A stretch of DNA of 64,000 nucleotides, taken from assembly GCA_013265495.1 (NCBI GenBank), contig MU058059.1:1773502-1837501 (forward strand), given 5' to 3'. Both the position numbers and the translations under genes were made by a program. Below, in pieces: positions 13,376 through 28,089 of this stretch (the first letter of the stretch is position 1; each line of letters starts with the position of its first letter). The notes beneath the pieces are model-generated. The model saw only the letters and a program-made list of their open reading frames with translations, searched no databases and was not told where the DNA came from. This DNA is from Vicugna vicugna (Eukaryota).

Positions 13376-14889
13376 CTGCTGTTTCAGTGGAAACCCTGGT
13401 TATGGCTCTCCAGTGCAAAGCCATTTGTGGGGAAGTTAGGATGCAGCTATCTTAAAGTTAGATAATGAAAACAGATGGAACACAAAATACTTATTGCTCA
13501 CATGGACCCTATGGAATTAAATCCATCATAGAGTGAGTCTGAATATGGAAAAAAAGAGAAATCAAGGAATGTTGATAATTACTCATCCGGATGGTCAATT
13601 CTCCACTGTTGGAATATAATAAATTGTATTTATATTCTACTTTGGATTCTATACCAAATAGTTTAAAGCTAAACTGATCCCAGTGCCCCCATGAGGAAGA
13701 AGGCCTGGCCCACTTCAGGGAAAGCTTTGTCAGGATGGACCACAGAGCTCTGTAAGGCCCATCCATCCATGTGAGAATGACTATGTGGGACACCAGCCAG
13801 AAGACTGCCTGATAATCCTATACATCTTGTTTGTTATTCTGTCCTGCTATTGAATTTTTGGAGCTGGAGAGAGGCAACAGACAAGAGAAATTGGAAAACA
13901 GTACAAGAATGCAGTAGAATAACGTTTCCACATTTTGTGGCTGAGTGTTAATGACTAGGTAATAATGACAACAAATCAAGACCAGAGATGCAGAAGAAAC
14001 AAAGGTTGAGTGATTGCATTCCAGCAAATCTTCACAGCACCAGAGAGGTACGCAGGGAGCTGGAAAACAAAGGCAGGCCCTCAGAAGACACCAGAATGGG
14101 GGACTCATCTATTTAATTATTTTGAAAGTCATACATAGTAACACCAGCTGCAGCAGGCACCTCAAAACTGCATGATAAAAACGTAGACTACAGTTTGGTA
14201 CTGAAAAATAGGAAGGAGATATTTATAGATATAGCTTACTTTCGATACAAAAAGACAGTCTTTTAAAAATTATTCATCCAGATTACTTGGAGAAGGGTAA
14301 TTTCGGAAGCACAGAATATACAGCTCACCAAGACTCCTTACAGTGACATGTTGCTGAATGGACACAGAATAAAATTGTATTAGAGAGCAAGAGAAAGCTG
14401 CTTTTTGCCCACGTTCTGTTTTACAGATTCTTTCCTGGGTATCTCCTAATTGAATAAAAAATACGAGCCTCTGAGCAACAATTAGGTGTCACCAAGCTGG
14501 TTTTCCACTCATAATTTTAACCTGTCCTTGAGGATAATTTGATAAGAGTCACTCGTGGGATTGGCTGAGCTTCACCAAAATCAATATATACATCAAGCTC
14601 ATAAACTGCGTATTAGTTTTAAAACAGACAGAACATAAAACGTTCACACTCGGTAATTCCCTTCGCGTGCATAGCAGACATTTTAGCCTGTCACTTGTTG
14701 AGATGATTATTGGTTGAGCAGATAAGACTGTTGCTATTCTGTGTGTTAGCCTTTGCTCAGAGCAGCCAGCAACTTTTCAGCCAGAATTGTCTTTTCTTCT
14801 TTCTAAACCCATGACTCTTTCTGAAAATTTGATTTTTCCCCCTTTTCCTAAGTTTGCATTTAGTTTGAAATTTCCAAGTACTTAAAAAA

Positions 14890-15910
14890 AAATTTGTTTT
14901 AGAGCAATTTTAGGTTCACAGCAGAACTGAGGGGAAGGTCCAGAGATTTCCTGCCTACCTCTTGCCCCCATTAGCAATGCCACTATCGGAGTGGTGTGTT
15001 TGTTACAATTGATAAACCTGCGTTACACGTTATAATTCCCCCAAGTCCACAGTTTACATTCTGTGGGTTTGGACAAAAGTATGGTATCATACAGAGTAGT
15101 TTCTCTACCCTAAAAATCCTGTGTTCCATGTGTTCATCCCTCCTTCCCCCTTCCCACATCCCTGCCACCCCCGTGCCTTGGCAACCACTGATCTTTTTAC
15201 TGTCTTCATAGTTCCACCTTTTGCAGAATGTCACGCAGTTGGAGTCATCCAGTATCTAGTCTTTTCAGATTGTCTTCTTTCACTTAGTCATATGCATTCA
15301 AAGTATCTTTACATGGCTTGATAGATCATTTGTTTTTAGCGCTGAATAATATTCCATTATCTGCATGTACTGCTGTTTATCCACTCACTAAAGGAAATCT
15401 TGGTTGCTTCAGGGTTCTGTCATTTATGAATATAAAGCTGCTATAAATATCCATGTGCAGGTTTTTGTATGTACATTTAAGTTTTCAACTCCTAGAGGAA
15501 ATACTGAGGAGAGAGTGATTGCTGGATTGTACAATAAGAGTATGTTTAGGTTTATAAGAAACCACCAAACTGTCTTCCAGACTGGCTGTACCACTTTTTG
15601 CATTCCTATCAGCAATTGATGAGAATTCTTCTGGCTCTACGTCCTCACTGGAGTTTTGTATTGTCAGTGTCAAAGTACTTTTAATTATCAAAATTAAAAT
15701 AAATGAAAGGTAATTTTTCTCATAATTTAAAAAATTGAGATATAGTTCATATAACATAAAAATTCACCCTTATAAGGTGTACAATTCAGTGGTTTTTAGT
15801 ATATTCACAACGTTGTGACACCATCACCAGTGTCTAATTCCAGAACAAGTTCATCATTCCAAAAAGAAACCCCGCATCCATTAGCAATCACTCTCTACCT
15901 CCTCCTCCCC
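14890..15910 (-). mobile_element. L1 3'-end fragments (L1MB/MC-like, two adjacent pieces)
   Basis: ttttaggttcacagcagaactgag, ccttggcaaccactgatct; the minus ORF VQPVWKTVWWFL is an ORF2p C-terminal remnant; second 3' end at ~15730-15910. Confidence 0.8.
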
Positions 15911-17369
15911 TCAGGCGAAGCAGGGGAAATTTAAGAACCATTATATTTTGGTTTCGTCATGTGTATATTTATAATGCCTGTATAAGTGATGTAATTACAC
16001 GGTAACTCTATAAGCATTGATTTTATTTAGTGCCTTTTCTTGGTAGAGCAGTGGACAGAACATAGGAGGCTACTTTCCTTCAACGTCAAGCGTGCGGAAT
16101 TGCTTTACTTTCACATTAGAAGTACAGGAAAGTGTGCTGTCCTTCCCGCACTCCCAGGAAGAGATTCTGTCATTCTCTCTCACAGAAGAGCTTGTGGCCC
16201 CAGTTGAGCTCTATCCTTTGTAAATACTGGGATTCAGTGTATATTGGTTGGAAGTTGTCACTTCCTCATTGTCCCTTTTCCCATTTCTAGCCCAGAGCCT
16301 GTGTTCAGAGGTGATGCACAGGTATATAAGAATTTAATTGCTGCTGTGAACCTCAAGTGGTTAAAAATAATTCCAGCTTTTAAAACCATTTCAAATATTC
16401 CCTGCTGAGTGACTGAGATTTGTTTGCTGTTCTAAGCCTCCTCTTAATCTACAAACACATTTTTCTGTATCTTTTTTTCTGCCAACTGAGAGGTTCAGGC
16501 AGACCTGTTTACCTTTTGAGGAAATAGCTTCATCAGCTTTATCCTCATTCCCCTGAGAGGAGTGAGGCAGGCCAGGAGAGGGACAGAAAGCTGGGCTGGC
16601 AGGATGAGAAGGAGAGACAGGAGTCAGGGAGCCTGAGAAAGAGCGGGGACCTCCTTTGTATTCTTGCTTCTGTTACCCTGAAACTATAGCTTCTTTTTAT
16701 CACCATTTTCTTTCAAGGGTTTTTTCCAAAACATCCAAGTTTAGCTTGTTTATAAGCATGTTGGAATCCAAAGATGTTGAGGAGCCAGAGCCTGCAAACA
16801 GGGGATTTGTCCTCTTACTATATCATTCTGAATGGCCTCCCCAGAAAGCTAAGAGGGCAAACAGCTGCATTACTGGGACTGTGCCCAAGAGTGAGAGGTT
16901 TCTCTTGCGAGAACTCTGCTGCACAGGCCTGCTGCAGTCAGGATCCCAGGTGATTTCTGTAGATGGCCATGCTGTGCCACGACCAGCATCGTTCAATGCC
17001 AATGCCAATGGGAATTCAGTCCTCTTCTTTCAGAAGAAGGGGATATCTTTGATTTTGATATATTCTTCCTAAAAGTCTTGGAATATGTTTGATTTGAGAG
17101 CAATGTGAATATATTCCCTGTATATTTAGGCAAGAATGTCTTTAGCCATGATAAAGTTTAACTTCATAGTGTACTAATCAAGACCAGACCAAGACTTGGG
17201 GTTAGGCTCATAATTTGGCAATCCTTAGATGGAAAATGTTACGTTAGACCCCACCTTCCTTGATGAGGCAGGTTACTGTCTACTCTTACTTGAATATTCC
17301 CCTTAGTGGGCTGGAGATGGTGTCTCATCTCACCCCACCCAAAATGACTTATTAAAGTCTTCCTTCTAG

Positions 17370-17800
17370 TTGTATTAGTTAGGAATCACTTGGACTGCAA
17401 GTAACAATAACAACAACAGAGATTAGAGTGGCTTTTAAAAGTAGTAGTTTGTTGTTCTCACATTTCTGGAAATCCAGAGAATAGGCAGCATCTGATGTTA
17501 TTTCTGAGACTCAGTAATAGCAAGGCTGATCACTGCAGTTTTCATGACTTTTCTCTTATGGTTGCAAAATGGCTGCTGAGGCACCGGTCATCTTGTCTGC
17601 ATTCTAGTAAGCGAGAAGCTGGAAGAGAAGGGGATAGCATGTATATCAGGAAAACAAAGATTACATTGAAACCATGAAGAGGGATTTTTCTTATGTAAAT
17701 TTGGTCAGAATTATCAGATGGCCACTTCTGGCCTAAGGGAGTTGGAGAAATAAAGCTTGGGAATGGGGTTGGGTCAGAGATGAGTTCTGATAAATGCAGT
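17370..17800. mobile_element. MLT1-like (ERVL-MaLR) solo LTR
   Basis: tgtattagttaggaatcacttggactgcaagtaaca...ggttgcaaaatggctgctg...ttggtcagaattatcagatggccac. Confidence 0.6.
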
Positions 17801-17929
17801 TTTATTTATCTCATTCTATTCCTAGTGACACTTTAGTGCTCCTGTGATATTTTAACACCCATTTTAGTCTGACTTAGCCATAGGCATGCAAACAAACTAG
17901 TTAAATTAAAGTAATAAGTTAACACATGA

Positions 17930-18140
17930 GATTACTATGTGCCGTGCATTTTTCATATATTTACTCACGTAATAATATTTACTCTTCATAATAATGCAGG
18001 GCATGAATTTGATTAATATTCGCATTTTACAGATGAGAAAACAGAGGAGTAGAGGTTCAGTAGCTTGCTCAGGGTTGTAGATCTAGAAGGTGGCAGAGCC
18101 CACATTCAAACGTGGGCCAGGTGACTTCAGAATTTTTCTT
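17930..18140. mobile_element. MIR SINE
   Basis: cattttacagatgagaaaacagagg...gcttgctcagggttgtagatctagaaggtggcagagcc. Confidence 0.75.
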
Positions 18141-18289
18141 TAAATCACATTGTATTTCTTCTCTGGTCTAAAGATAAGTAGAGCTAAACACAGACACACA
18201 AATACCTACGGAGACTTTGAAATTAAGAAGGATTACTATAGGGAAAGCATTTGGACAGGTGTGAATTCATATCCTGGCTTTACTGTCAC

Positions 18290-18800
18290 TAGTCAGTCAT
18301 TCAGCAAATTGTTCTGAGTTCCTATTATTGGCCAGATACTGTGTAAATAGGACAGATACAGTTCCTCTGTATTCTAGTGGGGAGAATAGTTCCAAGAAAA
18401 TGAAACGGGTGAATAGATGAAGTGTACTTTGTTGAGTGAGAAGAAGGAAATGTGGAAAGCTGGGATGATGGGTAATTGGAAGAATGCCATGTTAGGGTGG
18501 CCCAGGAAAGGGTCCCTGAGGAGGTGGCATTTGCGTTAGGAGCTAAATGATGAGAAGCAACTTGCCATGGAAACAGACAGAGAATGTTCCAGGCAGAACA
18601 AAACAGTAAGAGAAAATTTCCTAAGGGAAGGAAGAGCTCAATTTTTAGAGAAACTGAGAAAAGATTAGCATGTTTGGTGCTAATGCCAAGGGAGAGTGAT
18701 CTAAGGTGAGACTGGATAAGAAGTTTGAGGACAGAACATGCTGGGCAGTGAGGTCATAGAAAAGAATTTGCATTTTATTGTAATTGCAATAGTAAGTTAA
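18290..18800. mobile_element. L2 fragment inserted in or adjacent to a MIR
   Basis: cagtcattcagcaaattgttctgagt...gaggaggtggcatttg...ttccaggcaga. Confidence 0.65.
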
Positions 18801-19119
18801 TGTGTCTTCACTTTCCTCTCAGTAGCTTTCCCTCAGTGTATAATGAAACATGTAATACTTGCTTTTGCTACTTCGTGAAGTTAATGTAAGGATCAAATGA
18901 TGTAATGTGTTTGATAGTAAATTATTACATGTAAAATTATTTATAAAATAAGAAATAATAAAGGCCATAGAGTATTTCTTAGCAAGATGTATCTCTTTTT
19001 AAAACTTTTTAAAACTGGAATATACTCAGAACTTGAACTTGTGGTTAAACAGAGCAAGCAGTTCATTAGAAAATGCAACGTTTAAAAAAAAACTCTGGTG
19101 TTTACAGTGTTCTGTGGGA

Positions 19120-21130
19120 GTTCCACTTCCAGTTAAAACACAGACGAGGTTGTGGCCGATTATCTGTCTTACTGTTGTAACTAGAGAAGAGAGAATGAAT
19201 ATAAAATCATGTTTTGAAAACTGTAATGGAGAGCTGTGATCAGAAAGAAGTCTAAAGGAACTAAATTGCAGGGAGGGAAGAGCTCTTCCTAGGTGAGCAG
19301 CGCCCAGCAGCCACTTTTCTCCTTGCATGTGTCTGTCTCCCTGAGCCTGTGCAGTGCTGGGCAGAAGATCACACCTGCCTTGCTAGGCAGAGGGACCCTG
19401 CTGGCGTGAGGAGATGCCCATGGAGCTTTCGATGACTGCCTGCATTGACACAAAAGGTTGGAATCTTTTGAAGCCCCAGACGCAGAGCTAGTTCTCCACA
19501 TCTGACAACTCTACCCTCTGGGATTTTTCTGAGAGCCCAATAACACAGGAGGCTGGGGGCCAGGCTCTAAAGCAGAGAGTGATTCCTGTAGTCCCATGGT
19601 GTTTATCACAAAGCTCTCTTGAGGGAGGGACCTGTAATACACACAGAATGGATCTCCCCCTCAAAAACACTTGGAACCAGAGGTAACCTAACACTGATTA
19701 CAGTTGCAGTTCAGCACAGACCCACCTCAGCTCCTGGTTGGATTGAAGTGATCTATATCTCACTTCAGTTACCAGACAGAGGAAAAGCTTTGCCCGTCTT
19801 GGGGAAATTGCTGTTTACTCCAGTTTACTAGAGCTCTTTTAAAAAAAAAATGTCTGCCATACAACAAAAATTTATGAGATTTGTAAAAGAAAAGGAAAAT
19901 GTGACTGATAAACAACTGACCGTTTTTGATCAATATTAGCAGATGCACTGAAAGCACAGATGTTGGCATTAAGAGATAAGAACTTTTAAATAACAGTAAT
20001 ACATACGTTAAAGAAAAGATAAATGAAATGTATAAAAGATGAATAATGTCAACAGAGGAATAGGATCTTTAAAAAGAATTAATTGGATATTTTTGATATG
20101 AAAAAACAGTATCAGAATCGAAGCATTCTTTGGATGGAGTTCACAACAGTCTGGACACATAGAAGAAAGGAAGAGTGAACCTGAAGACAGGCTGGTGGAA
20201 GTTCCCTAAACTGAAGCACAGAGGGCTGGCGGGTAGGGAGAAGCAGTGCATACTATGAAGGACATTTGGGACAACATCAAACGGTCATGTTATTGGAGTT
20301 CCAGAAGAAGAGAGGAGAGAGAATAAGACAGAAGAAATATCTGAAGAGAAAGTAGATAAGATTATCCCCAAAATGATGAAATACATTGATACATGGATTC
20401 AGGAAGCTCAGTAAATCTTAAGCAGAACAAATACAGAGAAAACCACAGTCTAGGCATTTCATAATTAAGCTGCTAAAAACAAAAGATAAAGAAGAAATCT
20501 ATTAAAAGTAGCTGGAGAGGAAAATCCTTATATTTAGAAGCTTATGAATAAGAATTATAGTTGACTTTTTATCAGAATCCAGAAAACAGAAGACAGTGGA
20601 ATGACGTCTTTAAAAGGATTGTAAAAACGGCAATAAAAACTGCTAGCCTAGAGTTCTATGCCCGGTAAACATATTCATCAAAAATGAAAATGAATTAAAG
20701 ACATGTTCAGAGAGAAATCTGAGGGAACTGGTCACCAGTAGATCCACCATACAAGAAATGCTAAAGAAAAAGAGAAGAAATACCAATGGAAGTTCTCAAA
20801 ACTGATTGGAAATGATCTGTTATGGGTACATAGACATGCAGGAAGGATGAAGAGCACCAGAAAGAATAAACATAAAAGACAACTTGTTTAATTTTTAAAA
20901 AGATTATTGACTTTTAAAAATAATAACTATTGTGGGGTGTAAACATGTGAAGGAGCACATGTATGACAGTAATATGATAAGGGGTGGAGGGAGAATTAAA
21001 CGTATGAATTATGTACATTGTTCTGAGGTTGTAAAATACTAATTCAAGACAGACAGTTATGTAAGTTATAGAGCTCCAGTAACCATTAAAATACATTGCT
21101 GAAAAAGTAATGGAGCGGAAAATGGAATGA
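19120..21130 (+). mobile_element. Old L1 (L1ME-like) 5' UTR and ORF1 remnant
   Basis: Starts acttccagttaaaa; A-rich ORF1-like tract (gaagaaaggaagagtgaacctgaagacag, attggagttccagaagaagag, caggaagctcag, ctagcctagagttctatgcccgg). Confidence 0.75.
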
Positions 21131-23769
21131 TACAATCTTTTTTTTTATTAGTGCCACTTTGAATTTATGGTAATTACCCATCCACTTAAAATCTAATTTT
21201 GAACCTAATAGTGTTTTCCCAACAAAAGTTGCTGTGTAATACAATTGCATTCTATTTTTCATATACTGTTTTCCTGGTATTTTTTTGGAATTAAAAAAAA
21301 ATACAAACAGCTGATGAAGCTTCAGCTCTACTTACCCTAATATGGTGAGGTATGGAGCTGCAGACGAAGGCTCGTCAGGGTCCAGGGAGCCTGAGCATCA
21401 CAGTTACGTAACACTCTGGAAGGTCATGGTGTGAACCCTGGGATGATGGGGGAAATATTTGGATCCCTAACTGAAAAAGTGAGGACTCTTCCAAATGTGC
21501 TTATCCCCAAAGTGCTGTCTGACTTCTTTGCCAAGAAAAATAGTTGACCATTGCAGTTAAAGGATTCTTTGGGTGGACTGTCTCAGATGAAACCAGCGTG
21601 TTACTCAGATGTTCATGACCTGTATTTCACGTCGGATCCTCCTGCTCCCAGCAGAAGTTTATGATGATCTCTTCTCTGGGATTCCATCAGTATACCCTTT
21701 GCATGAAACTGTACTATAACTAAAATAATCATTATTAGCCCTAAGTATATATGCTCTTCATCTCCTAAGATTCATTTATTATTTCCCAAACTTCACAATT
21801 CTTCAAACATTTTCAGTGCTTAGGTCTGTTTGCTTGTTTGCTTAATTTCCAAGATAAGTTATGCTACTCCATGCAGCGATTGAGGTGGTATATTTGTACT
21901 GGTGTGGAAAAGATATCTAGGACGTGGTTTGGAGGGGGTAAAGTAACGCAGCTTGCAGAGCAATGTGGTATGATACAGATGGGAAAAGACCTTCAGTTTC
22001 TGCTTTATAAATTGCATATTGTTTAAACTTTTATGTTTATAATATACTGCTTTATAATTTTCAAATACTTAGTCCATGTCTACCACTGATACTGGCCATT
22101 TAAAAACAGTCAATCATATTCATTTTTAAAGAAATAAACCTTAAAAAAACTAGAACTAGAGGAAGTTTGTGGGATCTATATACTGTTTTCTGAATATGGT
22201 ACACAGAGGGCAGTAGACTGTGTAAACAGTGGTGTTTGATTACAGTTTTACAGAAATAGAGGTTTATATACTAGAATTCTATGATTTGTTAGTGGTTTTT
22301 AGTATTGCTTTTGTTGCAAAAGAGAAAAGGCTTGAAAGCCTAAAAACCATAAAGGGAGCAATAACTGTCTTGATAACCTGTGTCAATTTTATATGTATTT
22401 CAGCCACTAGAATGTATCTGTTTTGTCAAACTATAAAGAATTCAGTGAAGAACTCTTGTCATCTAATCACCAAACAAAGCTACCTAAAATTATTTTTATC
22501 ATAGAGCACGACATAAAAAAATAAAAATGGATATTTAATATTTTCCTGAAATGCTTTGAGTTTTAAAAATAAATTGGCTAACTCACCACAAAACTAAAAA
22601 TACTAGTCTGGTACAGTCTCAGGATCAATGATAAAATTCTAGAAATTTCTACTAAAAATGATTGATAAATCTAGGATTCCTAGAGGTGTAGACAAAATGA
22701 CCACATAGAATTTTTTTCTTGTTCCCCTCTTTTTTTTTTTTGGTACTCTATGCATATTAGTGTGTTTGCATATGCTGTAGGACATGGCTAACTTTGGTAG
22801 CAATCCACTGCTGCTCTGAGAATCAAAATGTAATTGTCCTGAGTCATAATGCCACAGTTGAACATTATTCTGCCATTGCTTTTTCTACCTGGAGTTCTTG
22901 TTTTGGGCAAAACAGCTCTGATCACACATTGGCCTCAGCCTTTCGGTTCAAGTCCACTTGGACCCAAGGAGAAGGCGGCAGGTGTGGAGGAGTTCTTTGC
23001 AAAAGTTGCATACCAACTCCAAATGGAAAATTAAAGGAAAAAATCATGTAAAAATAGGAACAGAAGATCATACTGCATAAAGTAATTCAGTTATTCTTCC
23101 TGTTTGGGGACTGAAATGTTCTAGTTAATCAAATGTTCTTTTCATAAGAAGTGTAATACTTGTCAGTCGTATATCATTGAAGTCAAACTTTTTAACTTTT
23201 CCAGCTTTATTGAGACATAATTGACATGCTGAGTAAATTTAAGGTGTACAACCCGACGATTTGATACATGTACATGTTGCTAAATGATTACCACGGTAAC
23301 ACACCTCACTTAAAATGTTTTTGTTTTGTTTTTATGTAAATCCCCAAAATCTCTCAGAAACCCAGCATTTTGGCATCGATCTCCCCTACTATGTCTCTTG
23401 TTTTTTAAATTAACATTTGCTGGATGTTTTTATGTTCTGGGTACTCTATGTGTGCTGTTTCATTCAGTCCCGTGAGGAAAAGGTAACCCGGGGAAGCTGC
23501 TCCTTGTCTTGTTCAGCTGTTGTCCTTTAGGCTGACAGTGGTCCTGTTGGGTAGTGATAACCAGCGCCTACACTGCCCTCCTCTGCAGTTGGATCCACCC
23601 CTTAGTGGTGATCCAGTTCTCCCTGAACTGAGTGTGGGTGTCTATAGCCAAGGTCAGTGTCCCACTTCCCCATTCTCATATAGAGTTTTTCCATTTAATG
23701 TCATGGATTATTTCCTCTCACTAACTCATTATCTCAGCAACCAACTTAAAAAAAGTATCTTTAAATTAA

Positions 23770-24480
23770 AAAAAAAATCTTACAATTCTGGTAAAATACA
23801 TGTGAGATAAAATTGACTATATGAACCATTTAAAGCATACGGCTCGGTGGCACATTCACACTATTGTGCAGCCGGCTCCAGAACTCTTTCGTCTTGTAAA
23901 ACTGAAACTCTGTCCCCATTGAACAGCTCTCCATTCCTTCCTCCCCACAGACCCTGATAACCACTATTCTACTTTTGTCTCTGAATTTGGCTACTTTAGG
24001 TACCTCATATAAATGGAATCATACAGCATTTGTTTTTCTGAGACTGGCTTATTTCACTTAGCATGATGTCTTTGAGGTTCACCCATGTTGTAGCAGGTGT
24101 CAGATTTCCTTTCTTTTTAAGGCTAAATAATATTCCATTGTTTGTATATACTGTATTGTGCTTAGGCATTCGTCTGTCATGGGACATTTAAGTTGATTCT
24201 ACTTTGTTACTATTGTGAATAACACTGTTATGAACGTGTATGTACACGTATCCCATCAAGACCTTGCTTTTAGTTCCTTTGAGTGTATATCCAGAAGTGG
24301 AGTTGCTGGATTGTGTGGTAGTTCTATGTCTCATTTTCTGAGGGACTGCCATGATGTTTTGCACAGAGGCTGTACCATTTTCCATTTCCACCAGCAATGA
24401 ACAAAGGTTCCAGCTTCTCCACATCCTCACCATCGGTGGTTTTCTGTGTTTTTAATAGTAGCCATTCTATTAGATGTGAG
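23770..24480 (-). mobile_element. L1MB-like 3' end
   Basis: ccctgataaccactattctac, tacctcatataaatggaatcatacag, tagtagccattcta; minus ORF ATTWVNLKDIMLSEISQSQK. Confidence 0.85.
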
Positions 24481-24814
24481 CAGCCAGCTTTTTACACTCT
24501 TCTCTGACATCATCTTAGATACTTGACAGAGGCAAACTTGCTGTATATGTTTTGACTAATATATGCAACTTCCTTCTTTATAAGTGTGTGAAAATGATTA
24601 AAAGTATTTTCATGGTAATTCCTACATAGCCACAGGGTCATTATGAATTATAGAGAATGAAAAGGATAGGGCCGACACTGACCAGAGATTATTCCCTCAA
24701 ACCCGTCTCTAACACATTAACTCCATTTCTCCGTTGATTTCAGACCCAGATTTAAGTTTGTGATTTGCAACATGAGACACTAACTTTCACTGACAGATAC
24801 TATTCTTTCCTCAG

Positions 24815-25017
24815 AAAATCCATTCCTCGCTGCCGAAGAATTAACAGGATGCTATCCAATGAGTCCCTGCAGTCACCTGCATTCAGCCGCTCCAACTCAC
24901 AAGCCTCCGTAGACAGCGCCTCCATGGAGGATTTCTGGCGGGAAATAGAAAGTGCCAAAGAGAGCAGCATGGGGGCACTGGAAGAGCCCACGCCAGCCGA
25001 GGCCAAGCCCGTGGATG
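24815..25017 (+). CDS. ARHGAP28: ARHGAP28 exon 2
   Basis: Acceptor ttctttcctcag|A, donor G|gtaggg; encodes KSIPRCRRINRMLSNESLQSPAFSRSNSQASVDSASMEDFWREIESAKESSMGALEEPTPAEAKPVD. Confidence 0.95.
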
Positions 25018-25989
25018 GTAGGGTGCTGGGTCTGTTTTCCCATGTGCTGTCTGCCTTTGTATGCTCTCACTTGTTCTGTTGGCAAGTAGAAATCATTCCA
25101 CTAGCAGTGTGGCTCAGGGTGGCTTCTAGCCAAGGTTCCATGACCTGTAAGAGGGCCATCGACACTATCCACATTGGTCCCTTGTGTATCACTGCTTAGG
25201 GATGCTGTACCTGCCTGTTGATTCCATTCATAATCATCTAGCAGATTGAGTGATTCTAATTTTGGTGGCTTTTACATTTGTATACTTGACTACTAATTAC
25301 CAAAAAAGAGAGGCAGAAAAATAATTTGCCAGCATAATGCTGGAGAAAAAACATTTGACTTCAAAGCAATTCCTAGTATGCGTGCGCTTAGAGAATGGAT
25401 AATCTTGTACTTTACACCATAAAAGCCATGTTGAATACGTCAGTGATACTAGTTTCCAGTTAAATTAAACAGAAAAAGATTGAAGATCAAAAAAAAAGTA
25501 TGATTGTCCTTAATTTTCAAAAAGAGCAAAATTACTCATTTGGGATTAAAAGCATAGGTTGTCTCCTCCAGGTACGACCTATCAACAAGGAAATACATAG
25601 ACATTCAGGAAAGACTGAGGTAGTTTGCTAAGTATCCACATGAGAATGTTTTCATTAGCCAGTGATTAACCTCAAGACAACTATCAAGATAAACTGAAAC
25701 TTGGAAAAAAACTTCTTCATTCTTTATTCCCTTTTCTACAAATCTATCCTTCTTAAGTCTGAAAAACAGTAGTTTAGATGTGCCACAATTAGTATATTTC
25801 ACATAGCATGAGAAATACAAAGTCCCACCACACATTTAATGAGAATCCATTCAAGGAAACCATCCTCCATCCTTTAAATTACATGCTTACATTTTACCTT
25901 TTTGAATAGAGAAAAAGAAAGACACATACAGGAAAATACCTCCTTTTCCTTCCTAGCTAGCTAGCTGTATTAAAACTCATGCGCTCATA

Positions 25990-27955
25990 TGGATAACCTC
26001 CCAGTTCTGATCCAACACTGCAAAGTTTGTTGTTGTCTTCCCTTTGCCTGTGTTTATGACTCCCTTCTTCAAAAATAAGAAACCTGGTTCTTACTTTTCC
26101 TCAATATATTTTTTATTTCCTCAAGCCTAGAGTATACAGAAGATATTTTCAGGTTTGCTAACGTAAACTTCTATAAAAAGCATCCCTACTAACTAGAGTT
26201 TAATGTTTATTTACTGGTATTATTTTCCTTGAAGCGTATGCCCAGATCTTCAGTGTGCAATTCAGTGAGGTTTGATAAATGCTAACCTTGTAACCTCACA
26301 CTAATCAAGATAGGTAACATTTTAGTCAACTCAGAAAATTTCCTCATGTTTTTCCCCAGTCTCATCATTCTCATGACTCGCTGTCCCTAGCCAGAGGCAA
26401 CCACAGTTCTGATGGTTTTGCATCATGGTGTAGTTTTGGGTTTGGTTACTTTCACTGAACATAATTTTTTTGAGATTCACTTGGTGTATTCATAAATAGT
26501 TCATTGCTTTTTACTGTGAGATTGTTCGCATTTGTTTACTTGGGCTTCTTACTGCTTAACAAAGTACCACAAAAATAGGTGGCTTAAAACAATAGAAATT
26601 TGTTCTCTAGTGAGTCTGGAGACTAGCAGTCCAAAATCAAGGGGTCAGCACGGCCCTGCTCTCTCTGAAGATTCTGAGGAAGCATATATTCTACGCCTTT
26701 CTCTTAGCTTCTGGTGTTGTCAGCAATCTTTTCTGTTCCTTGGCTTATAGACAGCACGTTCTCTGCTTCTGTGGTCATGTGGCCTACTCCTTGTGCTTTT
26801 GTCTGTGTCTCTGCCTCCTCTTCATAAAAAGACAATAGTTACATGGGGTCAAGGGCCCTCTCTACTCCAGTATGACCTCATCTCAACTTAAATCTTAAGT
26901 ATACCTGCAAAGACCCTATTTCCAAGTAACATTACATTCACATGTATTGGTGGTTAGGACTTCAGTGTATCTTTCTGGGGTCCCAGTTCAACCTGTAACG
27001 GCAGTATTCCATTGTTTGAATATGCCATAATTTGTTTATCCATTTAACTGTTAGTGGACTTGTGGGTCATTTGCACCTTTGGCTATTGTGAATACAGCTG
27101 CTGTGAACCATCTTGTAAAAGTCTTCTGGTGGAGATAGTTTTATTTCTCTTGGATAAATGTATTTTTCATGGAATACATGTAATTGCATAAGAAACTGCC
27201 AGCATTTTCCCAAAGTAGTTGTACCATTTTCCACTCCCCCCAGGAGTGCCTGACAGACAAGTCCAGTTGTTTTACATCCTTGCAGCATTTGATGTTACAA
27301 GACTTGTTAATATATGATTCTAGGGATGTGAGGAGGTGAATCTTGATTTTTTTTAAATTGTCTTTCTATTATTGACTTGTATAAATTCTTCATATATTCT
27401 CGATATATCTTTTGTCAGATATGTGTATTGCAAATATTTTCTCACTTCCTGTAGCTTGCCGATTCCAATTCCTGATGGAGTCTCACTTGGGTATCTCTTG
27501 TTCTCTTGCCTCACTCTCATTTTTCAATTGTTTGCAACTGGTGTATAGAAATACAGTTGATTTTGTAACGTGACCCTGTATTTTACCACCTTTCTAAATT
27601 CACTTTCTAGTGGTTGTCTCCTGCTAGACTTCTTATGATTTTCTACGTAAACAAAGAGATCATTGTGAATATAGACAGTTTTACGTCTTCCTTTCTGATT
27701 TTTATGTTTTTTTTTTCTTTATCTTGTCTTATTGTGCTGGCAAGGCCTCCAGTACAAGCTGAATAAAAGTAACTGGTGACGGTTCATATCTTTGCTGTGT
27801 TCCCAATTTTGCAGGGAAAGGGTTGAATATCCCCATTAAAAATAATTGTAACTGTGAGTTTTTTGTAGATGTTCTTTATCAGATGGCCTTATATTCCTAG
27901 TTTTTCTGGGAGTATTTTGAATGGATGTTGAATTTTGTTACATGCTTTACCAACA
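25990..27955 (-). mobile_element. Old L1 fragments interrupted by an MLT1 LTR
   Basis: Antisense L1 3' text (ccagaggcaaccac, gctattgtgaata) resumes on both sides of the LTR. Confidence 0.7.
26523..27000. mobile_element. MLT1B/C-like solo LTR nested in L1
   Basis: aacaaagtaccacaaaaataggtggcttaaaacaatagaaattt...ccagtatgacctcatctcaact...gcaaagaccctatttccaa...ttcaacctgtaac. Confidence 0.85.
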
Positions 27956-28089
27956 TTTTGATTTCTCGGAAAAAATAAATGAAATCTGTATTTCCTGTGC
28001 CTGTAATTCATCATGATGAATTATAAGAGTTTTAACTGCCTTCTGAAAAACAGAAAGATTGCCTAATGTTCAGAATAAGGAGAAGCACT

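Noticed and set aside
16656..17072. 138-aa ORF in the upstream intron
   Set aside because: It starts at TTG and has no recognisable domain or convincing exon boundaries.
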